From an uncultured Spirochaetota bacterium (lineage in GTDB: Bacteria; Spirochaetota; Brevinematia; Brevinematales; JAOACQ01), in the NCBI GenBank assembly GCA_963783575.1, contig CAWAOD010000013.1, forward strand, positions 32,001-96,000: a DNA stretch of 64,000 nt. Direction: 5' to 3'. The notes under the pieces are model-generated. The model ran no database searches and was not told where the DNA came from. It saw only the letters and a program-made list of their open reading frames with translations. Below, one piece after another: positions 19,493 through 29,771 of the stretch (the first letter of the stretch is position 1; every line of letters begins with the position of its first letter). The position numbers and the translations under genes are program-made.

Positions 19493-19544
19493 ATTGTGCA
19501 GTTTTTATATTTATGTAAAACTAATATAGAAACAGGAGAATAAA

Positions 19545-20276
19545 ATGAGAAGATTTTTTATACCTTCTGGTAATATAAACAATGGCAACGCAATTATTAC
19601 GGGCAGCGATGTGCATCATATTCTGGATGTTCTGAGGAAAGGCGTCGGAGATACCATCCAGGCGACAGACGGTTTGGGAAATATTTTAACTGCACGAATC
19701 ACTGGAATAAAGCAGCCTCAGATAAATCTTGAGATAATCGAAACAAAGCATCAGGAAGAAAGAAAAACTTTTATCAAATTGTTCCAGGCTATTCCAAAGG
19801 GCGGCAAGTTTGAATGGATAGTCGAGAAGTCATGTGAATTGGGTGTGAATGAAATTGTGCCTGTTATTACCGAAAGAACCATACCCAAATATAATAATGA
19901 AAGAGGGCTAAAAAAACTTGCACATTGGGAAAGGATAGCCCTTGAATCGATGAAACAGATAGGAAGAAATACTCCTATGTCGATCCATAAAACAATAATA
20001 TTCAAAGATGTTCAGAGGATTTTAAAACCCTTTTCAAAAAAAATAGTACTTTGGGAATTAGAGGAAACTGAAGAATTAAAAACATTTTTACGGGAAAATA
20101 ATAGTGCTGCAGAGTTTGAGATATTTATCGGGCCCGAAGGCGGATTTTCAATACAGGAAATCGATGATCTTAAGAATCTTGGGTTTATTACTGTTAGCCT
20201 GGGGAAAAGGATTCTCAAAGCCGAAACTGCAGCAATTATAGCAATCGGTAATATTTATTTTGAAATGGAAAACTAA
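19545..20276 (+). CDS. rsmE: 16S rRNA m3U1498 methyltransferase
   Basis: HHILDVLR, EKSCELGV, FIGPEGGFS, LGKRILKAETA. Confidence 0.96.
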   Translation: MRRFFIPSGNINNGNAIITGSDVHHILDVLRKGVGDTIQATDGLGNILTARITGIKQPQINLEIIETKHQEERKTFIKLFQAIPKGGKFEWIVEKSCELGVNEIVPVITERTIPKYNNERGLKKLAHWERIALESMKQIGRNTPMSIHKTIIFKDVQRILKPFSKKIVLWELEETEELKTFLRENNSAAEFEIFIGPEGGFSIQEIDDLKNLGFITVSLGKRILKAETAAIIAIGNIYFEMEN

Positions 20277-20652
20277 TGAGTTTGAATATTGATGATGCTT
20301 TATTTTATTGCTCCCAATAAAGACCAATGGACGGACTCCAAACTGGAAATCCGTCCATCAGCGGAGGTGCGATAAAATAAAACAAATACCTTTCTTTATT
20401 GATTCTATTCTATATAACCAATTATAATATGAAATTATGAAAGAAAAGTCAAGGATTTTAAATATAAATTTGGCAATAAAAATTATATTTAAATAGCGCT
20501 TTTAGACAATAATTCAGATTAATATAAATTAAACCTGTAAAGAACATAAATTAATTTAAGACATTTATTTGTATTTAGTCATTTTTTGCTAAAAATAGTG
20601 TTTTTGATTAGAATATTAACCTCAAAACATTTGAGTATACTGATATAAATAA

Positions 20653-20785
20653 GGGCAGTTTTAAAAACTCAATAAAAGTCACCCTGAGCTTGACAAATGG
20701 GTGATAAGTTTTGAGTAATTGTAACCATACTTCGTCAAGCTCAGTATAATAATGGCAGTAAAAAATGAGTTTTTTAGAACTGCCC
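20653..20785. mobile_element. MITE-like element with terminal inverted repeats and an internal REP-like pair
   Basis: GGGCAGTTTTAAAAACTCA (20653-20671) vs TGAGTTTTTTAGAACTGCCC (20766-20785); internal CTGAGCTTGAC / GTCAAGCTCAG. Confidence 0.55.
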
Positions 20786-20822
20786 ATAATTAATTATTAG
20801 CTATTTCTTTATGGAGATGAGA

Positions 20823-21395
20823 ATGAAATTATTCTGGAAAATAATCTTAATAATATTAGTCAGTTTATCTGTATTTTCAAGTTTATATTGTGATGATGAA
20901 GAACCAAAACAAATATTGAACGCCGCAGCGCTTGATCTAAGTCCGACTATTAATGGCCTTTTAAATAACGGCTACGGTATAGGAATTTCTTATGAATACG
21001 GATTCCTGGAAAGATTTTCCGCATTAATTACAGTCGGTTATATGGAAATTGGCGGCCCATATTTGACCAATAATATTTCCAATTATTATACAATCAGTTA
21101 TGGAATCGTATTAAGATATTATGCTTACGGGGAAGCCATAGAAGGCGGTTTTATAGGGGTAGGAGCAAGGTACGGTCAGGCGAATTATTTGCTTAATACC
21201 GGAGATAGCCTTGGCGGTACAATACTTTATATTCCAGGGGAAATCGGCTACAAATATATATTTACCGAAGCATATAATCTGTTTGTTGAAGTATCCGTCG
21301 GTATGAGTTTTTATTATGCCCTTAGCGGTTATAATGAGGGTTATATGAATTTTACTGCCGGTGATTTTGGATTACGTTTTGGCGTAGCTTTCTAA
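20823..21395 (+). CDS. Putative outer-membrane beta-barrel protein (DUF3575-like)
   Basis: Signal peptide, alternating Gly/aromatic strands (GISYEY, GEIGYKY), C-terminal GLRFGVAF; ORF open from 20811. Confidence 0.65.
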   Translation: MKLFWKIILIILVSLSVFSSLYCDDEEPKQILNAAALDLSPTINGLLNNGYGIGISYEYGFLERFSALITVGYMEIGGPYLTNNISNYYTISYGIVLRYYAYGEAIEGGFIGVGARYGQANYLLNTGDSLGGTILYIPGEIGYKYIFTEAYNLFVEVSVGMSFYYALSGYNEGYMNFTAGDFGLRFGVAF

Positions 21396-21410
21396 AATCA
21401 TGGAGTTTTT

Positions 21411-21569
21411 ATGTCAAAAATGAAACTTATTATAGAATTCGTAGAATACCTAAAAAAAAATAAAAAGCTTTGGCTGATTCCGTTGCTGATAATACTTGGA
21501 ATTATCGGGATTGCCGTTCTGATATCCCAATCGCAGGCCATTGCCCCTTTTATTTATTCGCTTTTTTAG
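21411..21569 (+). CDS. Small membrane protein, DUF5989 / SxtK-like (52 aa)
   Basis: Below the ORF-track cutoff: MSKMKLIIEFVEYLKKNKKLWLIPLLIILGIIGIAVLISQSQAIAPFIYSLF; RBS GGAG; APFIYxLF terminus. Confidence 0.85.
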   Translation: MSKMKLIIEFVEYLKKNKKLWLIPLLIILGIIGIAVLISQSQAIAPFIYSLF

Positions 21570-21575
21570 AAGATT

Positions 21576-23397
21576 ATGGACAACAAATATATTTTAGGAA
21601 TATCCGCATTTTATCATGATTCTGCCGCATGTATCATAAAAAATGGCAGCATTATCGCCGCCGCGCAGGAAGAGCGGTTTACAAGGAAAAAAGGTGACGC
21701 GGATTTTCCCATTAATGCCATTTATTATTGCTTAAAAGCTGCTGAAATCAGTATTAGTGATCTAAGCGAAATTGTTTTTTATGACAAGCCGATACTTAAA
21801 TTCGACAGAATCCTTGCTTCATATATTCATAATGCGCCAAAAGGTGTGGAATCATTTGTCCAGGCTGTTCCATTATGGTTGAAAAGCAAGCTCTGGGTTG
21901 AAGATACTATAAAAAAAGAACTTAATTTTAAAAATGATATTCTATTCACTGAACACCATCAGGCCCATGCGGCCAGCGCTTTTTTTCCATCCCCTTTTGA
22001 TAAAGCGGCAATAATCACTATTGACGGAGTGGGAGAATGGTCTACAACTACCATCGGAACAGGAATCGGCAGTAAGATATCGCTTTTTAAAAAAATCGAT
22101 TTCCCGCATTCCCTGGGACTGCTTTATTCGGCTTTTACATATTACTGCGGCTTCCGTGTAAATTCCGGAGAATACAAACTTATGGGTCTGGCTCCTTATG
22201 GAAAGCCGGTATATCTTGATATCATTAAAAAAGAGATAATTACAATCAATTCTGACGGTTCTTATGTCTTAAACGAAAACTATTTCAACTATATTTCCGG
22301 CTTAAAAATGATAAACAGCCGGTTTGAAAAGCTTTTCGGGCATAAATCGCTCAAACCGGATCAAAAGCCCGGCCAGTTTTATATGGATATTGCGGCTTCC
22401 ATACAGAAGCTTTTTGATGAAATACTTGTCAGGATAGCAGTCGAGGCTAAAAGACTTACCGGGCTGGAAAACCTCTGCATAGCCGGCGGCGTCGGGTTGA
22501 ACTGCGTTTCAAACAGCGCCATCCTTAAAGAGTCTGGCTTTTCCGGCATATGGGTACAGCCTGCCGCGGGAGACGCCGGAGGAGACTCTTGGCGCATCTC
22601 TTTACGTATATTATCAATACTTAAATAATGAAAGAGTAACGGACGGTAAAACCGATTTTATGGAGGGGGCTTATTTAGGTCCTTCATTTGATAATAATGA
22701 AATCAAGGACGCACTGGACAGGCTGGGAGCGGTTTATCATAATACTCCAGCGGATGAGCTTTTAAAAATAATAGCCGCAGCCATATCATCAGAAAAGGTA
22801 ATCGGATGGTTTCAGGGGAGAATGGAGTTCGGGCCGAGGGCGCTCGGGAATCGTTCGATTTTAGGTGACGCCAGGTCTGAAAAAATGCAGTCAATGATGA
22901 ACCTTAAAATCAAGTTTCGCGAATCCTTCAGGCCGTTCGCTCCATCCGTTATGGAAGAAAAATCAACTGAATATTTTGATATCGACAGGCCTTCGCCTTA
23001 TATGCTTCTGACTGCACAGGTTAAAAGCGGCAAACTTGTAAAAGCAGATACCGATGGCAAAACCGGTATGGAATTACTTAAATTAAAACGGTCGGTAGTC
23101 CCCGCGATAACTCATGTTGATAATTCCGCGAGGCTGCAGACCGTTTCGGAAAAAACCAATCCATTGTTTTATAAATTGCTGAAAGAGTTTGAAAGTAAAA
23201 CAGGTTGTCCGCTTATCATAAATACATCGTTCAATGTACGCGGCGAACCGATCATCTGCAACCCTGTTGACGCATATAACTGCTTTATGGGAACCGGGAT
23301 AGATCTTCTGGCGATTGGTGACTTCATATTATATAAAGAAGAACAACCAAAAAATCCGGAGTTGAAGAAATGGAAAAAAAGCCTGATAAAGGATTGA
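21576..23397 (+). pseudogene. NodU/CmcH/SxtI-family O-carbamoyltransferase split by a +1 frameshift (pseudogene or sequencing error)
   Basis: LGISAFYHDSAA, QEERFTR, EHHQAHA, GEYKLMGLAPYG, then GRMEFGPRALGNRS and NTSFN in the next frame; deleting A22585 restores PAAGDAGGALGA. Confidence 0.9.
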
Positions 23398-23786
23398 AAT
23401 TCAGGGAAACAAAAAAAATAAAAACGTTCGGCTATTATTTCGCACTGGGAATGGCATTACTTACATTAATCGGTTTATGGAAAAGCTTTAACCGGTGGAT
23501 TATTCTATTTACTATTATTATATGTATATACCATGCCGTCTGCGCATTATTTTTTTACAGACTTTTAACTCCCACTTACCGGTTTATAAATTTTATTGGG
23601 AAAATTGCCGGTAATTTTCTTACTTTAGTTATATTTAGCGTAATATACTATGTTTTATTCACACCGGTTGCGTTATTAATAAGGCTGGCCGGAAAGGATG
23701 TCATCAGGAATAATTCTATCATACCTCAATGGAATGACATTCCGGCTTCGGAGAATGATCCGGAAAGGATTAAAAAGCTTTTCTGA
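23370..23786 (+). CDS. SxtJ-family membrane protein
   Basis: KTFG start motif, 2-3 TM segments, YYVLFTPVALLIRLAGKD; follows the carbamoyltransferase. Confidence 0.8.
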   Translation: MEKKPDKGLKFRETKKIKTFGYYFALGMALLTLIGLWKSFNRWIILFTIIICIYHAVCALFFYRLLTPTYRFINFIGKIAGNFLTLVIFSVIYYVLFTPVALLIRLAGKDVIRNNSIIPQWNDIPASENDPERIKKLF

Positions 23787-23790
23787 AATA

Positions 23791-25615
23791 TTAATATAAA
23801 GGCTTGCCGTATTTACTGTTAAGTTCATCGATCAGATCATTACGCTTCAAAGTCGCGAAATTGTTTGTCATATCTTCATAAATTATGCGATTCTTTTCTG
23901 ACAACAGATAGGCAAACAGATAGTTTTTTTTGGACTCTTCAAAATTCTTTTCAATACTTTCCTCAAATTTGGCCTTTACATCATAAACATAATACATTCC
24001 AGGATATACAAATGTTCCGGAATCAAAATAATTTCGCGCGGAATTCGTATCATCTTTTTCAAGAAAATAATTTCCGAAAACGACAGGATCGACAAATTTA
24101 ATACCGGAATTATTAAAAATATTTATCAAACCCTTATCCATTTTATCAAGCGTGCCTAAATCACGGTTTATGTCAAAATCAAATTTGATCATCATACTGC
24201 TGAAGGGAGACTCTTGATATTATACTTTTTAATTTAAGCCCTGACTCGATCCTATAAGCGGGCAAATAATAAATATCTTTATCTATCGCATTATCATCTT
24301 TAAAATAATCCAGTACTTTCTTTTTTTCATCATTTGAATATGAAAAAACATCGGCAATATTGTCTGATATAATCCTTGCGATAATTCTCTGGCCATGCTG
24401 ATTGAAGTGAAGCTGGTCTATAAAAATATCTTTTCCGAATATCGAACCGCTGTATTCCTTTTCAAGAACTTCGGCCAGCGGTATATAATGAAGATTTTTA
24501 TAAACCTCCGATTTTGAGAGGCAATAATTCTTAAGCCCTTTTTGAAGCTCGCTTCTTACCCGGAACGGAATCGAATCAAAATCTTTGGCAAGGTTAAAAA
24601 GATCAAGCCGGTTGGTGCCTTCAAGAAAACTCTCGCATCGGGCGTCGAGGTAAAGTAAATTCGCGTTGCTGTTGAACTCATTATGTTTTTTCCTTTCTGT
24701 GTAATAAGACGATATCCGTGCTCTATCTCCTGTATTTAAAATATTTATATATTTAATGATCTCTTCTGAAAATTCCCCGTCATTATTCCCGGAAAAAGGC
24801 GGCATATCCAGGAGATTGCATATCGGCCCCGCAATGATAACCGGAATATTCATTTTATTGTAAAGTCTGACAATTTTATCGATATTATGAATGAAGACTT
24901 CCGAGACCCTTTTATCAACAGTATCGTTCTTCGGTACGAATTTTTCATTAAACTGTTTTTCCATCAAGCCGTCATGACTGTTTTTAACCGGATTCATCAG
25001 GTTAAAAATAAGCTGAAAAATTTTGAATTCTTTCAATCTAACATAAAGGATTTTGGAAAGGTAATTCCCCCCGGTTGTTTCGCTGATATTTCCATAATAT
25101 TCATTGTGCCCCGCATAAATCAAAATAAAATCCGGTTCATAATTCCTGATTTTTTCAGCCACATCGCGGATATAAAAACTCGACATCGCGCTTAAACCCA
25201 GGTTTATAATCTCAACATTCTTGAATTTGCCGCCTTTTTTTAAAGCCAATTCCGCGATTTTACCGAAAGACTGGTTTGAGTTGTAAGGAAATCCCTGCGC
25301 TGATGATTCCCCGATCAAAAATCCCCTTAATGTACCCTTTGGCTTGGGGCAATAAAAAATATTCCTTATTAAGGCGTCGTTAAGCTTTAATCTGCTGTTC
25401 TGCGCATACTTTGAAAAATACTTGTCGCTTAAGGTTAGGTTTTCATAATAAAGACCTGGAATGAACCTGGCTTTAATAAAAACCCTTGTATCGACGCCAT
25501 AACCTGTCAGGTTCAGGGTTAATTCCAGCAAAAAGAACGGCAGTAGTACAATTATTATAAAAATAATAAAAAATATAAAATTTTTCAGCGGTTTTTTTTC
25601 GTTTTTACCATCCAT
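23791..25615 (-). pseudogene. Membrane-anchored SGNH/GDSL hydrolase with helical (TPR-like) C-terminus, split by a +1 frameshift near 24210
   Basis: IGESSAQGFPY, INLG, YAGHNEYYG, FIDQLHFN; start ATG 25615; removing one base near 24210 joins ISR-x-PFSS-MMIKFDFD. Confidence 0.75.
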
Positions 25616-25762
25616 AAAACCCCCGGATAAAACAAACCGATAAATATTAAGGCTGTATAAAAAGAATGTCAAGAATGAAAAAATCTCAACGGCAGTATTG
25701 ATCGCTTGTTTATAATTAAGCTTCCTTCTATAATAATAGTCAAAAATACGATGAGGAAAAAA

Positions 25763-27079
25763 ATGCTATCGAAAAATAAAAACTTTGAGCTTGTTTCTCC
25801 GGCCGGGAGTTTTGAAAAAATGCAATTCGCGTTTGAATACGGAGCAGACGCGGTATATCTTGGGGCAAAATCCTTTTCACTCCGTGAAGGAGCGGCGAAT
25901 TTTACTCTTGAAGAATTAACCGGAGCGGTTGAAACCGCCCATTTAAAAAATAAAAAAGTTTTCATTGCTCTGAATATTTTTTTTCATAACAGGCATTTAG
26001 AGGCCTTGAAGAATTTTATGAAAGAAATTAAAGACATACCCGCGGACGGCCTGATCATTTCCGACATAGGGGCAATTTCTTACATCAGGGAAAAGTATCC
26101 TCATTTCCCTGTCCATGTAAGTACGCAGGCAAATACGACAAACAGCTTTAGTGTAAAATTTTATGAAAAGCTCGGCGTGAAGAGGGTCATTCTGGCAAGG
26201 GAACTCTCGATCGATGAAATCAAGGAAATCAGGGATTCAATATCGCTTGAGCTTGAAACATTCGTTCATGGTGCAATGTGTATAGCTTACTCCGGAAGGT
26301 GCCTGCTTTCAAATTACTTTACAAATTCATCTTTATACAGGAAGGGTGAGAAAATCGGCAGTATGAAGAAACTGAAAACAAGGGACGCGAATCTGGGCGA
26401 TTGCTCCCAGAGCTGCCGCTGGGACTATTATCTTGTAGAATCCACAAGGATGAATGATTTTATACCTGTTGAGGAAAATGAGAACGGAACATCTATTCTT
26501 AGTTCCAAAGATCTCAATCTTTCATCCCATATGAAAGAATTGATGGAAGCCGGTATAGACGCCTTTAAAATAGAAGGCCGGATGAAGAGTATTTATTATG
26601 TCTCAAATGTAACAAGGGTTTACAGAAACATTATTGATAAAATTAAAACCGGCAAAGAGATTGACACTTTTGATGCCACGGAACTTGATAAAGTCAAGGA
26701 ACTTGATAAAGTCAAGGAACTTGATAAAGTGAGCCACAGGGAATACACAACAGGATTTTATTTCGGTGAGAATACGGCGCTGAATTCAACAAAAACCAGC
26801 AGGTACATCAGGGATTATAACTTTCTGGGTTATGTAAAAGAAATTATAATGCCGGGCCGTGCACTTGTTCGAGCAATGAATCAAATACTTCCGGGAAAAC
26901 CCCTTGAAATAATTACGCCCGATTACCGTGATTTTATCATGAATAAATACAGCCTGATTCATGAAAATGATAAGGTTGATAAAATTCAGCCGAATGAAGA
27001 ATTTATTCTTGAATGGAATGATAAGACTATTTTAAAGAAATACGATATTTTAAGAAGGAAATGCGAATCAGCCTGTTAG
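25763..27079 (+). CDS. U32-family protein (TrhP/RlhA-like RNA hydroxylation protein)
   Basis: ELVSPAG, GADAVY, HVSTQAN, HGAMCIAYSGRCLLS...CSQSCR, KIEGRMKS; start set by RBS GAGGA. Confidence 0.9.
   Translation: MLSKNKNFELVSPAGSFEKMQFAFEYGADAVYLGAKSFSLREGAANFTLEELTGAVETAHLKNKKVFIALNIFFHNRHLEALKNFMKEIKDIPADGLIISDIGAISYIREKYPHFPVHVSTQANTTNSFSVKFYEKLGVKRVILARELSIDEIKEIRDSISLELETFVHGAMCIAYSGRCLLSNYFTNSSLYRKGEKIGSMKKLKTRDANLGDCSQSCRWDYYLVESTRMNDFIPVEENENGTSILSSKDLNLSSHMKELMEAGIDAFKIEGRMKSIYYVSNVTRVYRNIIDKIKTGKEIDTFDATELDKVKELDKVKELDKVSHREYTTGFYFGENTALNSTKTSRYIRDYNFLGYVKEIIMPGRALVRAMNQILPGKPLEIITPDYRDFIMNKYSLIHENDKVDKIQPNEEFILEWNDKTILKKYDILRRKCESAC
26680..26730 (+). repeat. In-frame 18-bp tandem repeat (2.8 copies)
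   Basis: GGAACTTGATAAAGTCAA x2 + GGAACTTGATAAAGT, encoding ELDKVK ELDKVK ELDKV. Confidence 0.9.
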
Positions 27080-27268
27080 TCGGTTTCAATTTATTGTAGC
27101 AAAACTGGTTTGACCGACTAACCGGCTTACCAGCTGAATTCTTGCATAAATTAAACCAGAATTCTAAAATGAAACAATGTCATAAAGAATACAATGTTGT
27201 CATTCTTCGTCCATTCGGCATCCCCGGCTGGAATGATTTTATTAATTGACCGGTTTAAGGAAGAAAAT

Positions 27269-29656
27269 ATGGATCAAAAAAAATTCCAGAATGAGAATAA
27301 ACTTCTGGGCATACTTTCACATCAGCTCAAATCACCGATAAATTCCATTGAAAGCATTCTGAAAGTTATAGTTGACGGATTTACCGGTGAAATCGATGAA
27401 AAAACCCTGTATTTCATTCAGAAGGCAATAAACAAGACCACTGATGCCAGAAATATTATCACAGATATGATAAATTATGAAAAATTATCAACAATGAATG
27501 AAATTATAATGGAAGAAATTGAAATAATAAATTTCATTCATTCGCTTTGCAGAAAATATTCTTTCCAGGCATCGGAAAAAAATATCCTGATCTCAACAGG
27601 CATACCTGAAAATATTAATATATATATTCAGGCTGAACCGGTAAGCCTCGGGATAGCTTTCGGCAACCTTATCGATAACGCCATCAAATATACGCCGAAC
27701 AATGGTAAAATAACAATTTCCATACATATTAACCAGGAAGCAAAAAAATGCCTGGTTATGATCTCCGACTCAGGCTATGGGATTAATCAGGAAGACATAC
27801 CAAAAATATTTGACCCTTTTTTCAGATCGCCCGGGCAAAAGTCGGCTATATCCGGAACCGGTTTGGGTTTGTCTATCGTTAAAAAGGTTATTGAAAAGCA
27901 TAATTTTGAGATAACAGTCGAATCAAGGGAAAATGCAGGGACATCATTTACGGTTACAATCCCCGGAATTAAAATCAAGCAGTATAAAAACCACAAAGCC
28001 AGGGACGGTAAAAAGATTGTCATAATCGGCGGAGTAACGGCAGGGCCTAAAGCTGCGGCAAGATTGAGGCGCCTGGACGAGAGCCTGGACATAACCATTA
28101 TTGAAAAAAGCGAATTTCTATCCTATGCCGGCTGCGGATTACCAGCCTTTATCAGCGGTAAAGTAAACTCGCCGAAGGAACTTATGTCGACATCAGATAA
28201 TACATTGAGGGACGTTAATTTTTTCGAATCGATAAAGAACATAAAGGTATTGAATCAGACAGAAGCGATTGAAATAAACAGGGAAAAGAAAACCGTCGGC
28301 ATTAAAGATTTAGTCAATCAGGTTAAGCATGAAGTCGATTACGATATTCTCATACTGGCTACAGGATCATCATGTTTATATCCTGATATACCGGGAATAA
28401 GGCAGGAAGGGATTTATTCCCTGCATAGCATTGAAGAAGCAAAAAAAATAAAAGAGGAACTGCATCAAAAGCGGGCGATGGATATCATAATAATCGGGGG
28501 CGGATTAATAGGCATTGAAGTTGCAGAATCCATTATGCTTACCGGGGCAAGGGTGACAATACTTGAAAAAAGCGATCAGATACTGAGAATTTTCGATAAG
28601 GAAATATCAAAAAAAATCGAACATGAACTCAACAAAAAGGGCATCAAGGTTTACTTAAGTACATTAATAAAAGAAATCCAAAAAACTGAAAAAAATTTTA
28701 TTATAAAAACTGAAGAAAATGATTTTGTCGCAGATATGATAATCCTTGCCTCGGGGGTCAAGCCGAACACGGCCCTAGCTGAAAAATCAGGTCTGGAGCT
28801 GGGACAGTTCGGCGGCCTGAAGATTAATGAGTATTTTCAGACATCCGATAAGAATATCTACGCAATCGGTGACTGCATAGAAAGCTGCAATGTTATATCC
28901 GGAAAACCTATTCTTTGGCCGCTCGGATCGGTATCGACAAAAATGGGAAGGATCGTTGCGGATAATATTTGCGGTAAAAAGGTTAAATTTAAGGGCCATG
29001 CCGCCACAGCGATGTTTAAGCTGTTTGATTTTAATATCGCAAGGACCGGCTTGAGTCTCCAGGATGCTGTGAACAGCGGCTATGATGTCGAATCCATTGT
29101 TGTCAGCGGGCTCGATTGTTCGCATTACTGCGGCGAGGCTCAGGAAATCACATTAAAGCTGCTTGTTGACAGAAAAACAGAAGCGATACTCGGCGCCCAG
29201 GGATATGGAAGGGGCAATATAGTTGAAAGAATTGAAATGCTTGCTTTTGCCGTGACACAGGGCTTGAAATTAAACGATGTTTACCAGGTTGACCTCGGTT
29301 ATTATCCATATTATAACAACCCGATAGATCTGATTCAAACGGCTTGCATAGCTCTTAAAAATAAAATAGACGGCCTGTACAGAACCATAACCTGTGAAAC
29401 GGTTGAAGCTGGCAGGAACGGCTATAAATTCATTGACGTTAGCCCGGCTTCGGAAAACCACATACTTTATATGTCGAACAGCATCAACATACCGCTTGAA
29501 AATATCCGCGAGGAAAAAATACCATATAAGTGTGAAGATCAGATCGTCCTATTCAGCAGAACATCAGCACGGGCTTATGAGGCTTACCGTTATCTTGTAT
29601 CAAAGGGATTTCAAAATATTTTCGTCCTCGAGGGCGGGTATTTGTTTTATAAATAA
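27269..29656 (+). CDS. Histidine kinase (HisKA-HATPase) fused to CoA-disulfide reductase-like FAD oxidoreductase and rhodanese-like domain
   Basis: SHQLKSP, NLIDNAIKY, DSGYGI, FDPF, GTGLGLSI; then IIGGVTAG, SYAGCGLP, GGGLIGIE, YAIGDC, DLGYYPYY; C-terminal SINIP...LEGG; start ATG 27269 (RBS AAGGAAG). Confidence 0.92.
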   Translation: MDQKKFQNENKLLGILSHQLKSPINSIESILKVIVDGFTGEIDEKTLYFIQKAINKTTDARNIITDMINYEKLSTMNEIIMEEIEIINFIHSLCRKYSFQASEKNILISTGIPENINIYIQAEPVSLGIAFGNLIDNAIKYTPNNGKITISIHINQEAKKCLVMISDSGYGINQEDIPKIFDPFFRSPGQKSAISGTGLGLSIVKKVIEKHNFEITVESRENAGTSFTVTIPGIKIKQYKNHKARDGKKIVIIGGVTAGPKAAARLRRLDESLDITIIEKSEFLSYAGCGLPAFISGKVNSPKELMSTSDNTLRDVNFFESIKNIKVLNQTEAIEINREKKTVGIKDLVNQVKHEVDYDILILATGSSCLYPDIPGIRQEGIYSLHSIEEAKKIKEELHQKRAMDIIIIGGGLIGIEVAESIMLTGARVTILEKSDQILRIFDKEISKKIEHELNKKGIKVYLSTLIKEIQKTEKNFIIKTEENDFVADMIILASGVKPNTALAEKSGLELGQFGGLKINEYFQTSDKNIYAIGDCIESCNVISGKPILWPLGSVSTKMGRIVADNICGKKVKFKGHAATAMFKLFDFNIARTGLSLQDAVNSGYDVESIVVSGLDCSHYCGEAQEITLKLLVDRKTEAILGAQGYGRGNIVERIEMLAFAVTQGLKLNDVYQVDLGYYPYYNNPIDLIQTACIALKNKIDGLYRTITCETVEAGRNGYKFIDVSPASENHILYMSNSINIPLENIREEKIPYKCEDQIVLFSRTSARAYEAYRYLVSKGFQNIFVLEGGYLFYK

Positions 29657-29771
29657 ATTAAATCAAATAATGAAGATCTTTGGGGTTAAATTTGATATCC
29701 GGGGAAAAAATTAGCAGCAAATATTAAGCCGAATATTGAGAAGGAAAAAGCAAATAATTAGATTAAAAGAT

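Noticed and set aside
21411..23786. Saxitoxin biosynthesis cluster
   Set aside because: Only sxtI/J/K-like genes are present; no sxtA, sxtG or other core genes in the window
26680..26730. CRISPR array
   Set aside because: Head-to-tail 18-bp repeats without spacers, in frame within a CDS; no cas genes seen
27070..27127. Terminator after the U32 gene
   Set aside because: 15-bp arms (AGCCTGTTAGTCGGT / ACCGACTAACCGGCT) but a 28-nt loop and no U-tract; function cannot be assigned
29053..29059. Third frameshift at GAGTCTC (reverse complement of GAGACTC)
   Set aside because: The reading frame is intact here (TGLSLQDA), so this occurrence is genuine sequence
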